Assembly (NCBI GenBank): GCA_965655095.1
Contig: OZ296648.1
Span: 18,724,001-18,788,000 of the forward strand
Length of the DNA: 64,000 bases
Direction of reading: 5' to 3'
DNA from: Haplodiscus bocki
Lineage: Eukaryota
Translations under genes and position numbers: made by a program
Part shown: positions 47,370 through 61,519 of the stretch, in pieces
How positions within the stretch are numbered: position 1 is the first letter of the stretch
Layout: the number at the start of each line of letters is the position of its first letter
Notes under the pieces: generated by a model
The model's database searches: none
Told to the model about the DNA's origin: nothing
Seen by the model: only the letters and a program-made list of their open reading frames with translations

Positions 47370-50300
47370 TTTGCAGAAAGTCTATGAAATAATTCCATCA
47401 CCTTATTGGAATCGTGGCTACTAACGTGCATGGTATTATCCAGAGAATTACCAAATTTTTACTTGTATCGACTCTTTTAAAATTACCCATCTCTCAAATT
47501 GCTCCGTCTTTTGCTCTAAATAGTTTCCAGATTTGTGAAACATAAAATGTTGACTGAAAAGTATTTGAAAACGTTTCTTTTGTCAGCTGTTCCCTAACTT
47601 AGTAAAAATACGAACAAGACGCCCGGCTACCACCGGGATATTTTCCGGCTCTAACTTTGTTTAAAATGCGTTTTATATGAAAAAGAGCATTTTACAGCAA
47701 ATTTTTCAAAAAACCTCTAAATTTCGGTTGAAAAAAGGCGTTATGAAGAAATGCTACCCTTTTATACGCATTCTATAACAAATTTGATACTTTTTGCTGA
47801 TTTGAAAGTTCCGAATTTTCAAAGAACCTACATTGCGGTCGACAAAAGGCGTTTTCAAGAAAATACTACTTTAGACACACATTTGCTGTAATTGCGTTCT
47901 AACAAAATCCAAAGTTGCAAATCGTGCAATTGGCATTTAAACGTAAAAAAATGCACACGTGCTAGGAAAAGATTTTTCTTCCACATTATAAATATGGCGG
48001 AAAATAATCATTCTTGGCTAATAGTTTGTTTAACTTTACTTTTACTCCGGCTACCAAACATTTTACATGTACTTTACGAAGGTACAGCGTTAGGCAGCCA
48101 AGGAAGGCCTCAACCAAAAGCAGCAAAATAGACTTGAGATGCAGCCTTTCATTCCTTGTCGAGAGCTTTTGTTTTCAGAGGAAGCCAAGAGCCCATCATA
48201 TTTGAGTTTTCAGCGTTTTTGCCCTCCTGCCTCAGCTGCTAAAATGTATGATTATTCTTCACTGCCTGACTCCGGCCCTTCCTTCCTTCTAAATTCAGTT
48301 CTGTGTATATACTACGTCGAAATGACAATGATTTACAGCTTCGACACCTGCTTGATTGAAGAGCCATCATCAGGCATGATTGCATTGATGTTTTGAGAGT
48401 ATTGCTTTTTTGAAAATCAGGTTACATAAAGGGTATTTCCATGAAGTTTCTACATGGGAGTAGTCAAGAGAGCTCTCAGTACATACCAGTCTAAAGCGCC
48501 GACAGTGTTGATTGACTGCATTTTATGGAATTCGTCATTCTAATTTTCGGTGCTACTTTTACTTCTAACTTGAAACGTTTGAAATTTTTGGCTGCTGTGT
48601 CAAATTAATTATCCTAATGAATTATCCTACTGAAATGAATATAATCCCCAAGGTTGTTGCCTAAACGTCTGTTTTACAAGCAATACAATTTTTGAGATGT
48701 AGTGGAATCAGAAGTATTAAAGGAGGTCCGTCTATGCATATATTCAGGACCTCATGAATGTCAAATTTGTTCTTTCTGGCTAATATAGCTTCGAATAAGA
48801 AATGTTAGAATGCAACATGTTTCGATACTTCAAGTATCAACAACAGTGATGTATATTTTTATTTATTTAAAGGTCTTTTTAATTTGAAGGAAAGCAAGAA
48901 ATTTAAAGGAATCCTTTGAAATTTTTGCCAGAAGCAGAAAAATTGACCAAATTTTGAAAATTTGAACTCACGCTAAAACCATTATATAAGCTATTTTTCG
49001 GTTAATTGATTTTTAATCATGGCGTCAACTACGCAAAATTCAAGTGTTGATTTAGCATGTAATAAGGATTAAAATTTGGAAGTTTGACATTTTAGATCTT
49101 TCTGAATTAAACAGAATCCTATATGAATTGGAGATAAAGAACCGTGTCTCAGCTTTTCAAATATCAAAATCCTTCTGACTTCATTGCGGAAGGAACGAAG
49201 CGAGCAAGTGAAAATAGCTAGACAATAAAAAGCGAGTATTCAAAACTCAGTGATGTGTGTCGGTTATGGCGTCAGGTTGATCATGCCGAATGAAGAAAAC
49301 GAGTGAGTTCATCAAGTCCTCCGCTACATTCACTCAGTCAGCGTGATAAGTGACTCCAAAGCCGAAAACAATTTTTAAAATGTTTTTGAGCAGATTGAAA
49401 ATTTAATCTGGCAGAAGGGTTTGCTAGTTTTAAATCAAAAGATTTGAATTTTTCTTCGAGAGTATCAAAAATTTAAAGGGTCATTTGAACTTTCCTTTAA
49501 ATGATCATAAAAATGTACATCACACTGATCATCAGGTACTCGGAAAACATCCTCGATGTTCACGAGATTATCCTGTCAATGTCCCATGGCGTTTTTGAAA
49601 TGGTTTCCCCGGGTTTGCAGGCGTCTGTTTTTATGAACGCACTGGGTTGGTTTCCCTGGATATGCGATCTTATTCTCAAGGTAGATTGCGAAAGTGTTGG
49701 GACCGAGCATTTCAAATAATGCTACACCATACTAAGATTCCAAGTGGTGAAAAAAAGCGAGTTTTTAACCACCATTGAGGCTGCAATTTTTGTTCGAAAA
49801 CACTCTCCTCTTAGTTGAACATTTAAATTTTGAAATCACAAGTCTTTGAGACTTTGAAAGCAATGTTCTATTGGCTAAGAAACTTGTAAGGATGCTCTGG
49901 AGGGCAGATTCTTTTTCACGCTACTGTTTTGTCATCTTTGATGGAAAAAAATTTTATTTTAACCATCGTGCCGTTGGTTTCGTAACTCTTCATCATTGAC
50001 AAAAACATGAGATGAAAATTAGCAAGACGCGCGACTACCACTGGTATTTTTTTGCCGTTCAACTGTTGAAAATGCTTTTTAGAAAGCAATGAGCATTTCT
50101 ATGAAAAATAACCTATAGAGCTAAGTTGTCACCTTCTCCTAATTCCAAATAATCAGATTTTTGCAGAAAACGCTAAATTTTGGTAGGAAAATGGCATTCT
50201 CAAGAAAAAATACGCATTCTACAACAAATCTGCTGCTTCTTGAAATCTAAAAAATTACTGGTTTTTTAAGGCATCATGTGAAACTTAATAACTGTAAGAT

Positions 50301-51288
50301 TTTGCTTTTTCGCACTTCGCCAAGGCTCCCTCATTAATCCATTGAGCTAGGCTGAGCGATATTGAAGCACAACTTTCATTTAATTTTCTTCGCTTTACGT
50401 TTTCGTTTCCTCCTATTTTCTCTTATCGACTTCAAGTACTGTGCTAATTGATATTCTCAAATACCAAATGTCAAATTTGTCAATTTAATTCACCTCTTAT
50501 TTTCTGCTTTTTCAAAAACGATCACCATTCATCGCGTCACAAAATTGTTGAATCTCAAAGCGTCGAAAAATTGCAAATTATTCAAAGCGTGGAATTAGTT
50601 CAAATTTTAAAAAGCTGCGGAATTTTCGATGATTTGAATGTTCGACGCAATTAAGAATTTTTGCTGAATTCGCCCACTTCTTTGTGAATCAGTGTGCTAA
50701 ATTGCAATTGTTTAATCACTATTCCAAATTCTTGACTCAATACCTAGCATCCGTAATGCCTATGTTTTCAACAAACCTTAAACTGTGGTTCAAAAAAGAC
50801 GTCTGTAAAGAAATAATACCATTTTATCCGCATTCTAAAACAAGTTTTTATAATTTGGTTGTCAGAAATTCGCAAACTAAAATTCGTTTAAATATTGACC
50901 GAATTGTGCAATTGGTAAGTTGACGTTGAAAAAAGTGAACCCGGCGAGAGTTTGGTTTTCCTTCCATTTTAAAATATAGGCGAAAATCATTAATTTTGAG
51001 AAATAGTCATGCGCTGCCTGCATATCTTTGATCGACACGTAAGCTTTTCCATTCATTAGACAACCTTCTAATGCTCTGTTGAGAAAATGCGCAAAATTCA
51101 AGGCATTACATTACTGGAAAAAATTGCAATATTATTGGAAACTATTAACAATATCGCCGTGATTGAATGATTTGCTTCTGCTTTTGATTTTTTGCTGCCT
51201 TGTTATGTCATTTTGTAGAAGCAACAAATTTCGTTATTGCGAGTAATAAAAATTCGTTTTAGATGGTTATGTTCAGTAGTTTGATAAA

Positions 51289-51687
51289 ATGAACAGTGAT
51301 GCTTTTTTCGAGTTTGAGGACATATTGCTGCGAAGACGTGCCCAAAGTGATGTGGCGTTTATGCTCAAGCGATATGATCCTTGGCAAAGCGGGCAAAAGT
51401 CAAATTCACACAATCACGTAATTGGCACGGACGTCAAAATCCTGGCTACTGGAGAGGATGTGAAGAAGAAAGTTCTGGCATCGGCTGCTCTCGACCACAC
51501 TATCAGGGCACTCAAGCTACAAACGGGCGAGAGTGAAGAGTCTTTGAGGAAAGAGGCGTGGAACATTTTGAAGGTGATGGGACACGATCAGAGGATCTCT
51601 TGGGCTAGAGTTGTAGCAGCGGCTGTGACTTCTGTCATCAAGAGAACTTTCAGTTCCATTTATGTCAACTTTGAAGCATTCAAACAG
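51289..51687 (+). CDS. GNPAT: Dihydroxyacetone phosphate acyltransferase, exon 1 of 5
   Basis: FEDIL..RR..SD..F and A..IL..MGH N-terminal motifs. Phase-0 donor at 51688. The joined CDS is 2070 nt (689 aa). Confidence 0.85.
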
Positions 51688-53448
51688 GTAGGTCAGAGTT
51701 TGGACGGATTTGGTTAGATGGACTGTGAAAAGTTTTGGCTTTAGAATTTCACGTTTTCTAGAGATTTCTTTTGCTTCAAAATAAAGATTTTTAGTCGCGC
51801 TTAACTATTAAGTAAAAGTGCCCGCTATTACACTGGCTAGTTTTTTCACCGTGTACCGAGGAAAAGAGTCTCTTTCGTGCACTTGCAAAAGAAGAATGGT
51901 TTTTAAGAACGACCATATACTACTACATCAATTAAAAATGGTACAGAAAACGTGAATATTACGTTCTAATTCGTGATACCCCTTACATATGGGAAAACTT
52001 TTTAGTGAAGGCAAATACTAAAAATTTCTCAATGACTTCTTTAGACAGTTAATATTGTAACCAAGAGTCCCCCTACTAATTTTCCGGCGCTGTTAGACCA
52101 AATTTTTAGAAAAAAGATATGATTATACCAAATTTTTGTCGGAAAATTCAGAATTTTCCAAGAAACAATGGACCACCGATTGATACTTCTTACCTTACTC
52201 GCGGCGCCGACTTGAACCGTTCCCGGCCTTTGCTCATGTCGTTTGATACAAGGCATATACATGTATTCATCTGTGACAAGTGTTTGATTTTTCTTCAAGT
52301 CGAGGTTGCAAAAATCATATTACTGCACAAAAGTTCTGTATATATTATACCATAGAAGTTTCGAGATTGAAAGCTTTCTCCTTTAGGTTGCTGAGAACTC
52401 AGAATATAATTATCATTCAACATTTTCATTGAAAGTGTTAAAAAGCTCATACCGGAGGAAACAGTTGAAAGTCAATTGAATACTCCTAAAATGATTTTAC
52501 CACTTCCGAATATTTTAATTATGACTTCGGAAAATTTAATTATTCTTCGAAGTACTTTTAGTGCTACTCGGTTTTTGTTTTTCGTGAAGCTTTTTCGTAG
52601 GACATTTTGCGACTTCGTCCGACATGAGGATTTTCGTGCGTCATTTAAGTACTGTAGTGTTTTGAAAGAATGGAGCTAAAGAGCGTTCACTGACGCTTCT
52701 CAGCCAATAGGATCTCGTTATTTGCTCTCAATTCGCAATCTCATTGGCTAATATTTCGGAGTTTTGGTAATCTCTGTCGTTTTTTTTGAAGTTTGATCAA
52801 GTTTTAAAAATTTTTCGAGAAATTATGTACCACAAAAATTCTCCAGAATTTCTTAAATCCTGTGATATATTTTGGTTGTAGAAATATTTTGAATATAAAT
52901 AGAATTCGCAAATTTTCAAAATGCAAATCGTACAACCTATCTTTAAACATGTAACTTCAGTGTACAAAAACAGCAATTTTATGTGCAATTTGAATTTTTT
53001 TTGAAGACTAAGTATAATAATGGTTTCGAGATATTTGGGAAAATTTACGCACAAATTGTGTCGAAAAAAATTTCATTGAGGCCTTTGAATATCAAAAATA
53101 CACAAAATTTAATTCAATTTGTCCAAAAATGACCATTTCTAACTTTTGCTGTATTGGTTGCAAAATTTTGAAACGAAAACGATTGTTAACTAGATAAAAA
53201 ACTAGATAAAAGAAACTATTCTCTGTACCAAAAGTAACGATTTCGAATAGTATCAGAGATATTGATGTCTAAAATTGGTCAATTTATGCATTGGAGCTGC
53301 ATTCTTTTAAAACACTACTATATATACGGAATGAAGGTAAGGGAGGGACCTTATGGTTATCCCCAAAATTTTCCGAAGTCCTATTCGCCTTGGGCGGCCA
53401 TGTTGTGAAACCTTGTATGAAGATTGAGTAGAGTCAAGTGTGTTTCAG

Positions 53449-53661
53449 ATGCGTGATCTGTTTGACAAGGGACCAGTGGTGTTCCTTCCCTCTCATCGAA
53501 GTTACATGGACTTCGTGCTGCTGTCTGTGGTTCTCTACTGCTACGACATGCCTGTTCCTGTTATCGCCGCTGCCATCGATTTCCTGGGAATGAAGTTTGT
53601 CGGAGAAGTACTCAGAAAGTGTGGCGCTTTCTATATCAGACGGAGTTTCAAAACTGACAAG
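53449..53661 (+). CDS. GNPAT: GNPAT exon 2
   Basis: PSHRSYMDF (HX4D catalytic motif) and GAFYIRRSF; canonical splice sites. Confidence 0.93.
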
Positions 53662-55202
53662 GTGAATCTAAAAATGGATTACTGTTTCAATTTTTTGTTC
53701 AAGATCGATGCAACATCGAAATTGACTATTTAAATAATGAAAATGCCGGTACACGTAGGAAACGTGTAATAAATTATGCTTCATTTCTTGAAAAAACATG
53801 AGTTTTTTTGGGAAAATCAGTAAAAATGAACTTCTGGCACTTTCGACCTATCAGGCTGCAATGCGGCTCTTGTCGGCATTCACGCATTTTGATTTTTACC
53901 AGATGTTCCTGCAAACATTTTATCAACTTTTCTCAAGTACATTTTGCGTTCGTTAGAGCCCGGAAAATGCGGGATGGCCCGAAAGAAAGAGATGCTGAAG
54001 ATCAAGAAAAACTTCTCGTATCTATCGAAATGGACGAGTGATATTTTTTTGGCCTCCGACTGTAGAATTGTTTTCATTCGTTTTCGCCAGAAAATTCCAA
54101 GATGATTAGCTCCAGGGATTCTGGATAAATCGGATATTTCGTGAGAAAGGACCAAAAAGTCCTGCAGAGTATGGAAAAACCTATATATTGCGGACGATGT
54201 ATAGTGAATACTTTTGATGAAAACCTGGGGATAGCTGGAAAACAATCGGTCTGTGGTGGATTTGAACCCATTTATATGAGCTACATAACTGCGGTGACAC
54301 TGCACATAAGTAATACAGAGCGCATCAACGAGTTTGCGGCACGAAGTTTACGTGCTGTGGTCAATTCCAGGAAAAAACTCGGCAACTGAAGTAAATACTT
54401 CTCTTTGAAAATTAATTTCGGCGGAAATTTAAAAGCATCGAGATACTTGTACAATTGAACTCATTGAAACCATTTACTCAAATAAGAAGCGCTAACGATA
54501 CCTTTACACTCTCAACAATCAAGAGTTTTTGGCCTTAGGACGAATTTCGCTATTTGTGTTGAAGGGGCCTGAGGGTCTGAAAAAATCATACAGTAAGCCG
54601 TAACATTGATATAGATGGATACAAGAAAATTGAAAGCGATTTAAAAATCAAAAAAAGTGTAGGAACAAAGTCCACATGAAGGATTTCAGATTGTTCGACG
54701 TTAGTTTAGTCTCGGCTAGCAACGGCAAGGTCTTGACACTCTTAGGGCAATCAACCAGCAGGTGCCAAATTGGCCTGAAGTGAAAAGAAAAGGTGAAAGA
54801 AGATCCAAGGAAAGTACGCATAGATTCGGAGAAAATTTGTCTGTCAGTCAAGTCATGCAAGAGTTTTTTGAAGGCATGCAAGTCATTCATAAACTGCAAC
54901 ATTTTATGAGTCTCATGACATTCACTTGTCTTTATGGTACAGTGTATAACCTTCACCTTTTCATGGACTACCATAATTGGCCGTGTATGATTTTTTTATA
55001 TTGGTCAACTCGCGTTTATTTTTTATCACTACTGTAGGCGCGGCAAGAAACCATTTCGGATTGCCGGTTCACTCGATTTTTAATCAAGTTGATTTCCGAG
55101 TGTGTCCACAAAACCGCTTCGCTAAAGGCCCCCAACAGCACAATATTTTTAATATTTGCGTTTTTGGGTACTGCATCTTACCAACTATTTTTTCTGTTTC
55201 AG

Positions 55203-55346
55203 TTATACTGGACTATTTTCTATGAGTATGTACAAACGCATTTGCATCGGGCAAAGTTTCCCATCGAGTTTTTTATCGAAGGAACAAGAAGTAGAAGTGG
55301 AAATTTTCTATCGCCAAAATCTGGAATGTTGAACGTTGTGTGTCAG
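55203..55346 (+). CDS. GNPAT: GNPAT exon 3
   Basis: EFFIEGTRSRSG...PK.GML motif. Confidence 0.93.
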
Positions 55347-55623
55347 GTGAGCAAAATTAGACGAAAAAATAAATATTATAGTTGGACGTTAGCTCATCAA
55401 AATATCATTTGAAAGACTTTCAACTGGTATTTTCAGATTCCAATTAATTAATTATTCCATTCTACGACAAACGGACGACTATGAAATGTTTGTGCCGTTT
55501 TTACTCAAATGGACATAAATAGGATGCTTGTGATTTGCATGTTCGACGATACCAATCTTGTTCATCAATCAATTTTATCGTCCCATCTGGATGCACAATA
55601 GCTTGAGAACTTGAATTTTTCAG

Positions 55624-55962
55624 GATTTCTTTAAAGGCCGTGTAACGGATGTGTATTTTGTGCCTGTCAGTATAAGTTATGAACGAGTTCTTGAAGAGAA
55701 TCTCTATTCTTTCGAACTAGCGACAGGACTGCCCAAACCGAAGGAATCAACATCTGGGTTGTTCAAAGCTCTGAGTGTGTTCAAAGAAAACTTTGGCAAT
55801 ATTTACACCTATTTTGGGCAGCCGTTTTCACTCAGACAAGCTGCACGTGGAAAGGTTGATAGATCGGTTTTTTCATCTACACCGATTTTCGAACAGTATG
55901 TTTCCCCCGAGACTGAGGCTTTCGTTCAAGAACTTTCGATTTATGCAGTTCACAGAATTCAA
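55624..55962 (+). CDS. GNPAT: GNPAT exon 4
   Basis: VPVSISYERVLEE.LY..EL.G.PKPKESTSGL motif. Confidence 0.93.
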
Positions 55963-58900
55963 GTTAGTTTTGCAAAAGTTTATTGATATAACCTGAAGCT
56001 TCAATATCCGTTACAGTTTGGTTATTGTTTGTATAAGATGTTAACTGATGATATAACTCATACAGTAGATTCCGTTTCTAAAGTCAATACGAGTAAAAAT
56101 CGTAACTGTGGTAAGGGTAAATTACACCTGATTGAACGTCCATCAATTAGTTAAAATGTCACTTCAGATCGGTTACTGGTTGTTAATATCGAAGCCGAAG
56201 AATTTCGATGTTATAGTGACATGCCTTGTTATTTTTTCAGACATTTGTGGCGTCTAAATTATAGAGAAATTGTAAACTAGCTAAATATATCAACCCACTG
56301 CATTATATTCAGCCAGCTGATTTTATCATTGTATATAATAGCATTTGAAATCAGCTGGTTTCATATGTACTTAGTGGCATTTAGAAACCTGTGTTTGAGG
56401 CTATATTCGGTTTATCACAATTTATCACTCAATTCAACTCACTGAGCTAGATATGTTATTTTCCAATTTTTAGACGGTTTCTTTTGCCATTGAAATCGCC
56501 TTTACACCTGCTAAACCATAATAGTTCGGCACAAAAATGCAATGTTTCAAAAACTTGCTTGAAAAAATTGTGCGACGAAACAAGATTTTTTGTTTTTTAT
56601 GGCAGGCAAAATAAACTCACTCTGCAATTTATCCGGGACTTTTGCCCTTCAAATCAACATCGTTTGCAATGGTTCATACTGTATTGCTTTGGAATTGCAC
56701 TTTATTTTGTTGAATTTTGGGGAATAATGAAAAATGATGTTATTGTAAAGCTGCCACAATTAGCCAAATTCGCATTTTTTTCGTCAGTTTTTTCACTTTT
56801 CATGTTCAAACCAGATTTCTTTCAATTATTAATTCATATATCAATGTCGATTCACAATTTCTTGTAAATTTTGCAGAAATATGAATGAAAATTACGCAGT
56901 TTTTTTTCAATATCTTAAATCGGCCAAATTTCGCCAACTTTGTTGTTTTCGGCGGATTTTTGTCCTTATGCCCTTCAAATAGATTTCTGGCTATCATCTT
57001 TTTATCATTGATATCAAATTATAATTTCTGGTTAATTTTGCGGATCTATGAAAATTGTTGCAAAAGTTCATTCCAAGTTCTAGCGCATGTAAGTAAAGTT
57101 GGATATCTTCGGTTTTTTCATGGATTTTCGCTTTTTGCCAAAAGATATCTTCGGTTTTTTCATGGATTTTCGCTTTTTGCCAAAAAATAGCTTTCAGTAC
57201 TAATTCAATTTAAACCGACTTAACGACACAGTTCCCCATTTTCGGAATTTTTCCAACTGCTACAAATAAGAAAATTGTGGTTCAGAACTCCCGAAAATGC
57301 AATAATAGAGTAATACTTCGATTTTCCGCCAGCATTCGTGTACCGTCTTTCCCGACGGTTGACTCAGGGTTGCGGTCAAAAGAGAGTAGGCCCGAGCTGC
57401 TTTATCTAATTTTCAACCGAAAAGCATCCGAAATAATTTGTAATTAAAAACAATTTCTAATTGTATTGGCTGGCAAACAACAACATTTCAACAGGTTTTA
57501 GCAATATTATTGTTTTGAAGCCTACTAATATAGGCAGTAGAGTTCGATATTTCCTTGAATTGATGGAAGTTGATAGTTAGATGAAAAATTTTGAAGCTTG
57601 AGTGAATAGTTACCAAAAATGTGGCGGTGGTTTATCAGGGACCAAAACTGCAATTTTTTTGCGCATATTCTTTAGATTATGAAAGCAAAATTTTCCTCTC
57701 AAATAGGTGGGTTTTTTACCCGATGTTTGCCAATTGAGCTCGCGCTAAAAACGATATTGGCCTGCGTTTGGCCAAAAAGGCTAAAAAGCCCAAAATAGCC
57801 AAAGTGACCAGAATTGCGAAAAATTCAAAATGGCGAAAAAGCCAAAGTTGCGAAAATGGCCACAATTGTTACAATTGCGAAGATTACCAAAATTGCCGAG
57901 ACTGAATTAGTAAGATTTCTCAAAACGTCAAAATTTGGGGTTTTTTTGAAAAAAATAGATGGGTTTTCGAAAAAAACTTGAATTTTATTCAAAATCGTTA
58001 AAGGTGGCAAATTTGCTCTAGAATGCGTATCAAATGGTTTTATTTCTTAAAAATGTCTTCCGCCATATTTATGAGATTTTTTTTGGAAAAAAAAATCAAA
58101 ACTTTCAACGTCGGAAAATTAGAAACTATGATGAAGAAAGAGTGTTTTTCGAGAGAAAAAACGTTTTCATCTTTTTAAAAGCCTTGTTTACAAAAATGGG
58201 TATGCGCAAAATATGCCGGTGGTAGCCGGGCGTCTTGTATCAATTCAACTAGCGGAGACGGATAATCGATTCTGGCGATTATTTACTCCTAGCCAAAAAA
58301 CTTGGCAACTGTATCATTTTAGTAATGCGAGGGTGGCGGATAATCAAGGGATTCCTGTGGTTGTCTTTGGTCATTGGTTTTTTTCACTGTGGACGATGCT
58401 TTTTCCTATGGGTGCAAAATCAAGATATATTGGGAATATCTTCAACTAATTTGACTGGGAAGTTTTTGAAATCGCCGTTTTTGGAAAAACCAATCTTGTG
58501 TTCATTTTCGGAACTAATTGAATTGTGAGTCAGTTTTAAAAAAAATCATACGCCTCGACCATGGTCATTGCCTTAGAAGTGAAAAAAAACTTCGTCAGAA
58601 CTCATTAGCATTCCAAGGAAATTTTCAGGTTCTTCACTTTTTGCCAGTTTTCAGAAACAGAAAATTGTCAAAATTCAAAATTTCCCTTTCCCTATGTTAT
58701 TGCAATTCAGCAAAATCTCAGCCCTTTTTGGGGGGTCTTTTCAATCATGTACTTGTTAGGCTAAGATGACATTTCCGTTCTCCGGTCATAGCGTCATTTG
58801 GATATTACTTCATTTTTTTGCCACCCCTGGGCGTTATATCAGGATTTTACTGTTGTAGGAAACATTTTGCTCAGGATGTATTATAGTAGCTAGTATTATA

Positions 58901-58986
58901 ATATAATACCTAATTGTTTAAAAAAAGAGTTACCAAAAGTTCTCCTGTTTGTGTTCATTTTTTGGACACTTCTGTTCCGTTGACAG

Positions 58987-59961
58987 GAAAACATATTTGT
59001 GCAACCCTGGCATTTGATTGCATCGGTGCTTCTCAATACTGCCTTCTCTACCCAAAACCGAGCCGTGCCTGTGATGAAAGTTGTAGAACAAACTAATATT
59101 CTGGCCAAGTTACTCGATAGCGTTGGTGCTCGACAATTAATCACTAGCTTCTCCTTAACTGACATTTTATCATCCGTTAGCTGCCATTCAAACACTGTCA
59201 CGTATTGCAACTTCACTAAAACTATGTTGATGACCCCGGAGACTGTTTTCCCTACTTCCAACCAAAGTGCACCTTTGATACCTGTCCAGTTGTTGATGTA
59301 TCAAAACATGTTCATCAACCACTTAGCACCTTTGTGTTTTGCTATTCAGTTAATTAATAACAGAGGAAGTTACCTGTCTAAACCTTATTACGACATCGAA
59401 CTCCAATGGAAATCAGCTCTTGCTTTGTTCAATCAAGAATTTGTGGCGACTGAGACTGATTTTCGAGCTATCATTTTGAATCTCAAGAATCTGGGAGTAG
59501 TCACTACCTGTAAGCAATCATATGATACCCATGACAATCAAACCGGAAGTGATAGCAACATCGAGGAGCGTGAATTGAAAGTGTGCCCAGATAATGTTTT
59601 CACGCAGCATTTGATCAAAATATTTCTTCCATATTTTTCTGTTCTTGTTCTGTCTGTTTTCATTCTATTTAATGATCTGGCAGTTATTTCGAAGTTTGAC
59701 AAAATTGCCCAAGTATCCAATTATATTCGAAGAACTATTCGTCAACATTACGACTCTGGAAAACTCTTTGGGCCTTGTGTAGTTACAACGGTTTCTGTGA
59801 ATAATGTGCTCAATATGTGCAAAATTAGATCAATTATGAAAACAAATCCCAAATTAATCTTTTCACAAGAAAAATGTGCTCTTCTTGTAGAAGAAATTCA
59901 AAATACTTTTCTTTGTAAGTCTTTAGATTTTGTGCTTTCTCGTTACAAATCCAAATTATAG
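58987..59961 (+). CDS. GNPAT: GNPAT exon 5
   Basis: GACAG acceptor in phase 0, V.PW.LIASVLL, L..YQN...N.L. The C-terminal SKL peroxisomal signal (PTS1) distinguishes GNPAT from mitochondrial GPAT. Confidence 0.88.
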   Translation, partial: ENIFVQPWHLIASVLLNTAFSTQNRAVPVMKVVEQTNILAKLLDSVGARQLITSFSLTDILSSVSCHSNTVTYCNFTKTMLMTPETVFPTSNQSAPLIPVQLLMYQNMFINHLAPLCFAIQLINNRGSYLSKPYYDIELQWKSALALFNQEFVATETDFRAIILNLKNLGVVTTCKQSYDTHDNQTGSDSNIEERELKVCPDNVFTQHLIKIFLPYFSVLVLSVFILFNDLAVISKFDKIAQVSNYIRRTIRQHYDSGKLFGPCVVTTVSVNNVLNMCKIRSIMKTNPKLIFSQEKCALLVEEIQNTFLCKSLDFVLSRYKSKL

Positions 59962-60114
59962 TATCGAATTCGTGATGATATGAATCGATCTTGTAATTTT
60001 TATTTTAGAAGGAGATCATTTTGTAAAAGAAATTGCGTAATTACTGGAGCTGTAAATTAAATCTGAAACATTCTTGCACTAAAAATTTTTAAACCCATTT
60101 TTCCCTATTTGAAG

Positions 60115-60565
60115 AATAAAAGTGACGTGAGAGTTACAAATCTACAAGAGTGTGATAAAAGAAAAGAACCTTTATTTTGTAATAAAGATCGGAACGATAC
60201 ACAGAGTTGCGCAATACTCAGAAATCACAAGATATGGTCTAAATAAAAGTTTCTCAAAATTTTATCTTGTTTACAATGGTCTGTATTTGAAACTTCTAGG
60301 ATCATTATTATAAAAGTTAGGGTATTTTATATCTCTATGTATTAAGCTAAGATGAGAGTTTGATTTTGCATTACAACTTTCGATGTTCTAAATGCGTTTT
60401 ACTCGGTTTCTGTTTACATATTATATACTGTCAAGATATCTTGTGATTTTTGAGTATTACGCAACTATATGTATCGTTCCAATCTTTATTACAAAATAAA
60501 GGTTCCTTTTTTAGTGGGCGCTTTTACTTAAGTAAAACATAAACCGACTCTTAGAGTCACTTTGT
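60115..60565. mobile_element. Foldback/MITE-like element with long inverted arms
   Basis: GAACCTTTATTTTGTAATAAAGAT.GGAACGATACA...AATCACAAGATAT (60166-60236) is the reverse complement of 60436-60505. Confidence 0.7.
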
Positions 60566-60689
60566 TTTTTTTCAAGATCAGAACGAATTGTTACTTTTTT
60601 CTCCAACTTTTCCCTGGCATATTATTTTGAGACATGCACGTACAGTCTATAACAAGTACGGGCAAGTACTCACAACCATCACAAGGTGC

Positions 60690-61340
60690 CTTGTACGAAA
60701 TTTTTCGGCTCTGTGGGACAAATAATTTTTTGTCCAAAAATTCGTGATACTACCCCCTCCCCTTATGTATAAAATAATGTACAAATAAAAAGCAGAAAAA
60801 CCAAAGGGTGCCCCTACGATTTTTTTCGGCGCTCTGAGACGACAAAAATTCGTCCAGAATTCCTGATACCGCTTCTTATGTATGAATTTCTTCGATACCA
60901 GAAACTTTCCGAAACACCAAAAGAGCCCCCCCTCACGAATTTTAACTCGAAAAGTTTTCGACATTTTTGGGTGATACCCCCCTCTATGGTTTACCAAAAA
61001 ATTTGAGCGACCGACTGATGGCCAACGCCAGAAATTCCAGAAACACCCAGAACTTTTCATAGACAAAAAAATTCGTGCAAAAATCGTGATACCCCCCCTA
61101 TGTATAAACTTTTTCGACATCAGAAACTTTCAGAAACACCAAAGGGTTCCCTACGAATTTTTTTGTTACTGTTGGACAAAATTTTTTTACGAAAGTCGTG
61201 ATAACCCCCTTATGCATAAGGTTTTTCGATAACGCAAACTCTCCCATACACCAAAAGGGCCCTCTCATGAATTTTTTTCGGTATTGTGATACAAAAAGTT
61301 TTCGACATTTTCCCGTGATATGGTTTACCAAAATTTTCGC
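60690..61340 (-). repeat. Inverted copy of the ~120-bp satellite family
   Basis: TTTTTCGG..CTGTG.GACAAAA and GTGATACCCCCC units are reverse complements of those at 44920-45625. Confidence 0.8.
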
Positions 61341-61519
61341 GCCTAGTCCAACTTTGAGCTGTTTCCAGCTTGTTGTCACACTACTAGTTTTGGTGCACTA
61401 CTTCATGCTCTCCGTTTGAGTATTGTCTGCATTTGAACATTTTATTCGTGCTTTCAGTTGTGTGTGTGAAACGGGTTCTTGAATCATTCTTGTGGTCATC
61501 TGAAAGCTAAAGCTTGAAT

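Noticed and set aside
53808-55040. ORFs within GNPAT intron 2
   Set aside because: No recognisable motifs, and the GNPAT exons join in phase without them.
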